Positions 61,536 through 64,000 of a stretch of DNA of 64,000 nucleotides are shown in pieces (position 1 is the first letter of the stretch; the number at the start of each line of letters is the position of its first letter). The position numbers and the translations under genes were made by a program. Under the pieces are notes generated by a model. That model was not told the origin of the DNA. It was given only the letters and a program-made list of their open reading frames with translations, and ran no database searches. Location of the stretch: positions 96,001-160,000 of the forward strand of contig JBGANV010000011.1 in the NCBI GenBank assembly GCA_044222185.1, given 5' to 3'. Origin of the DNA: Planctomycetota bacterium (GTDB lineage: Bacteria; Planctomycetota; GCA-002687715; CAIWVZ01).

Positions 61536-61567
61536 TCCGTGCGACGGGTGTCGACCGAAGCCCTCAC
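61536..61567 (-). promoter_or_regulatory. Candidate ECF promoter GTGAGGG-N14-CGTCGCACGGA upstream of the kinase
   Basis: Same boxes and spacing as 63685-63716; ends 15 nt before the kinase ATG. Confidence 0.65.
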
Positions 61568-61587
61568 GATGGCGGCAGAATTCACCG

Positions 61588-62145
61588 TCAGGCTCCGCGC
61601 GCCAGTTCTGCGTAAAGCCATGCGCGGGCGAACGTCCAGTGCCGCTCGGCCGTCGCGAGCGAGATCTCGAGCGCCGAGGCGACCTCCGGCATCGTGAGCC
61701 CCGCGAAGAAGCGAAGCTTCACCACCGCGGCTTTCTGTGGCTCGATCCGGGCGAAGCGATCGAGTGCTTCGTCGAGAGCCATCAGGTCGAGCGACGGCGG
61801 ATCCGCCACGCCGCAGCCCGAATCGAGGTCGACGCGCTTCTGTCCGCGGCCGTGCTTGAGGCGTCCGTGCCTACGCGCCTTCTCGATGAGGATCCGGCGC
61901 ATGGCCTCCGCCGCTGCGGCGAAGAAGTGCCCGCGGCCGTTCCAGCTCGCGTCGGCTTTGTCGCCGCCGAGGCGTAGCCACGCTTCATGAACGAGGGCCG
62001 TCGCTTGCAGCGTATGACCGCGCTCGCGGGCGAGCTGGGCACTGGCGAGGTGCCGCAACTCGCCGTAGACCGCGAGCAGCAATTGATCACTCGCGCCGAC
62101 GTCGCCCATGCGCAGTCGTTCGAGAATCCGCGTGACGTCGCCCAT
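61588..62145 (-). CDS. ECF sigma factor, TIGR02999-like kinase-associated type
   Basis: DVTRIL...GD..A..QLL..VY.ELR.LA, HTLQATALVHEAWLRL, RGHFFAAAAEAMRRILIE.AR, VV.LRFFAGL, W..ARAWL. Confidence 0.93.
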   Translation of the reverse strand: MGDVTRILERLRMGDVGASDQLLLAVYGELRHLASAQLARERGHTLQATALVHEAWLRLGGDKADASWNGRGHFFAAAAEAMRRILIEKARRHGRLKHGRGQKRVDLDSGCGVADPPSLDLMALDEALDRFARIEPQKAAVVKLRFFAGLTMPEVASALEISLATAERHWTFARAWLYAELARGA

Positions 62146-62253
62146 CGCGCGCAACCTACCACGAGCAGGATCGGCGCGGCGAACTCAGGGAGGTTCTGAT
62201 CCGGCGGGGCCGGGTGTCATTTCTCACGGCGCGCTCGAGACCTCGGCCAGGGC

Positions 62254-63609
62254 TCAGTTGCCGATGTTCGACGACTGTGCCTGCTGGATGATCGCGCTCG
62301 CGTCGGCGGCAAGCAGGTACCCGTGCGCCTGAAGGAATGCCGCGTGCTGCGTGATTCCAGCGACGTAGGAGGCGTGGCTCGTGAAACTGGCGGTGCGGTC
62401 GATGTGCCCGCCGGCAAGTGCGCGGAGCTGTCCCGGCAACGTACCATCGATGTAGGCCGGTGCGAACGGAATGTACTGGTTCTCGCCCACGGCGACTGCC
62501 GGCAACCGATACTGCGTCGTATTGAACGGCTGGCGGCCGACGAAACGCACGAGAGCGTTGCCGTTCGCGTCGCGTGTGATCGTCGCGTCGTTTGGCGCTC
62601 CGAGCCACAGACTGGGTGGCGGCAGGATGCCGTCGCACCAGTTGTTCCCGACGACGAAGAACGTGCGGAAGAACGGAGTCCAATCCGCCGTGTTGGCACT
62701 GGCCGGATCCGCGAGGCCGAACTCGGCCGCATCGACCGCCCGCAAGTGCGCCGCGCCGGCGAACTGGTAGCAGCGGTAATTTGCCTCTTCGTGGCGTGTC
62801 TTGTGGGCGTCCAATGCGAGGACGTCCGTCTCCGACTGGAAGTCGATCTCGAGGCCGGCGCCGCATCGCGGCGGCTTCTCGGCGTTGGAGAACGCGAGGC
62901 CATTGCCGGTCGGATGCATGAACCCCTTGCCGGTGCCCCCGACCAGCGAGAAGTGGAATTGACCGACGCCCTCAGGCGACCGCAGGAGGCCGCGCAGGCG
63001 GAAGCCGCCCGTCGAATACGAGAACGCCGCGCGCCGTTGAATTGCGCCCGTCTTCTGAAGCGCGATTGGATCGCTGCGCAACGCGTTCAGAAAACTCACG
63101 ACGATTTCGAACTCATCGCCAGCCGACGTGATGAACTCAGACGTCGTGTCCAGCAGACCATCGGACCATGGCCGTAAGGGATTGCTCACCACCGAGCGCC
63201 GGCCGATGCCCGCCTGATCGCAGCGAACCGTCGCGTAGACGAGTCCCCTACCGAAGAGGAATTCGTCGCCCATCGTGTAGCGTGCGTCTGCCTGTTCCTG
63301 GCCGACGGCGGTGGCGATGGTCGTCGCGACGAGCCAATCGAAGAGCAGCAGCCCCGAACCCTGGCTTGGATTCGTGGGGGCAATGATCTGGCACGGAACC
63401 CGGAACGGATGGTTGTCGGACGTGACGCCCTGGAACATCGCTTCGTAGCGCGAATAGGCAACGCCATTGAACGTGCCCTGTGGGGCGGTGACCACCGTGT
63501 TCGGATCGATGGCACCCTGGGGAGCGGACTGCCCGTTCGCGACGCCAGTCGGAACGAGCCCAATCATCGGGAGGACGAGAGCGAGCGGAAGGACGAAGGA
63601 CCGCAGCAT
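62254..63609 (-). CDS. Exported alpha/beta-hydrolase-domain protein
   Basis: Signal ...GVANG|Q; SYSTGG nucleophile-elbow-like motif, FQSETD, YQFAGAAH, RDANGNA...RLP.V.VG, L...GYLL..DA. Confidence 0.75.
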   Translation of the reverse strand: MLRSFVLPLALVLPMIGLVPTGVANGQSAPQGAIDPNTVVTAPQGTFNGVAYSRYEAMFQGVTSDNHPFRVPCQIIAPTNPSQGSGLLLFDWLVATTIATAVGQEQADARYTMGDEFLFGRGLVYATVRCDQAGIGRRSVVSNPLRPWSDGLLDTTSEFITSAGDEFEIVVSFLNALRSDPIALQKTGAIQRRAAFSYSTGGFRLRGLLRSPEGVGQFHFSLVGGTGKGFMHPTGNGLAFSNAEKPPRCGAGLEIDFQSETDVLALDAHKTRHEEANYRCYQFAGAAHLRAVDAAEFGLADPASANTADWTPFFRTFFVVGNNWCDGILPPPSLWLGAPNDATITRDANGNALVRFVGRQPFNTTQYRLPAVAVGENQYIPFAPAYIDGTLPGQLRALAGGHIDRTASFTSHASYVAGITQHAAFLQAHGYLLAADASAIIQQAQSSNIGN

Positions 63610-63684
63610 GGGAATCTCAGATCTGTCCGCGCAGTTGGCGACGAACGGCAGTGCTCGCGGACGACTTCGCCCACCGTTCGCCCT

Positions 63685-63716
63685 TCCGTGCGACGCCCGA
63701 GTCTCGCCCCCCTCAC
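63685..63716 (-). promoter_or_regulatory. Candidate ECF promoter GTGAGGG-N14-CGTCGCACGGA upstream of the hydrolase
   Basis: Second copy of the motif, 75 nt upstream of ATG 63609. Confidence 0.65.
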
Positions 63717-64000
63717 CTCGCTCTGCATTTTCTGCCAGCCCAGGGTCCCGAGCTCGTCCTCTCGCTCCGGTGCGCCGCGCCGCGCGCGCCCTCGATCGGG
63801 GGCTCCCGAGGGCGAGCCATGGCCGAATGGGCTTCGAACTCGGAGCCTCCACGGTGAGCACGCAGGCGCGGCCGTCGGCGCTGGCATGTGCGTCGCCTCA
63901 AACCGGGGCCGACCCATGGTCGCGGGCGGCGGTTCTCCGGCGTCGGTCGGTCCCGACTTCCGGTCCTCCGCGGGCAGAGGCACCTTGCCCCGAGCCCCAG

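Noticed and set aside
1-64000. Many long overlapping ORFs in the track (e.g. 12352-14940 +, 46741-48645 +, 16835-18778 +, 9119-10615 -)
   Set aside because: Arg/Pro/Ala-rich shadow frames of real genes, expected in high-GC DNA; no recognisable motifs

Overview
High-GC bacterial DNA. The gene repertoire (two ECF sigma factor + membrane Ser/Thr kinase modules, Cys-type sulfatases, many exported repeat proteins) suggests Planctomycetota; this is inference, with no marker gene in the window. It holds about 50 CDS, mostly on the minus strand, and no rRNA, tRNA, CRISPR array or intact IS that I can see. Main observations: (1) eleven otherwise unrelated exported proteins end in one of two related ~110-140 aa C-terminal modules, and nearly all Sec-type exported proteins have Gln right after the predicted signal peptide, pointing to a candidate undescribed C-terminal sorting/surface-display system; (2) an EF-hand + iodothyronine-deiodinase-like gene is split in the ORF track by an in-frame UGA in FGSFT-U-PPF followed by a SECIS-like hairpin, i.e. 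a probable selenoprotein; (3) an exactly spaced motif GTGAGGG-N14-CGTCGCACGGA lies upstream of both genes flanking an ECF sigma factor (candidate ECF promoter); (4) a 2-oxoacid oxidoreductase operon has its gamma subunit fused to a GltD/DsrL-like flavoprotein and a ferredoxin; (5) a diverged 140-bp direct repeat with a conserved palindrome derives from a decayed DUF4338 gene; (6) a kinase-FGE-hydrolase gene carries a 1-nt frameshift. All family calls come from motif recognition by eye, not database searches.
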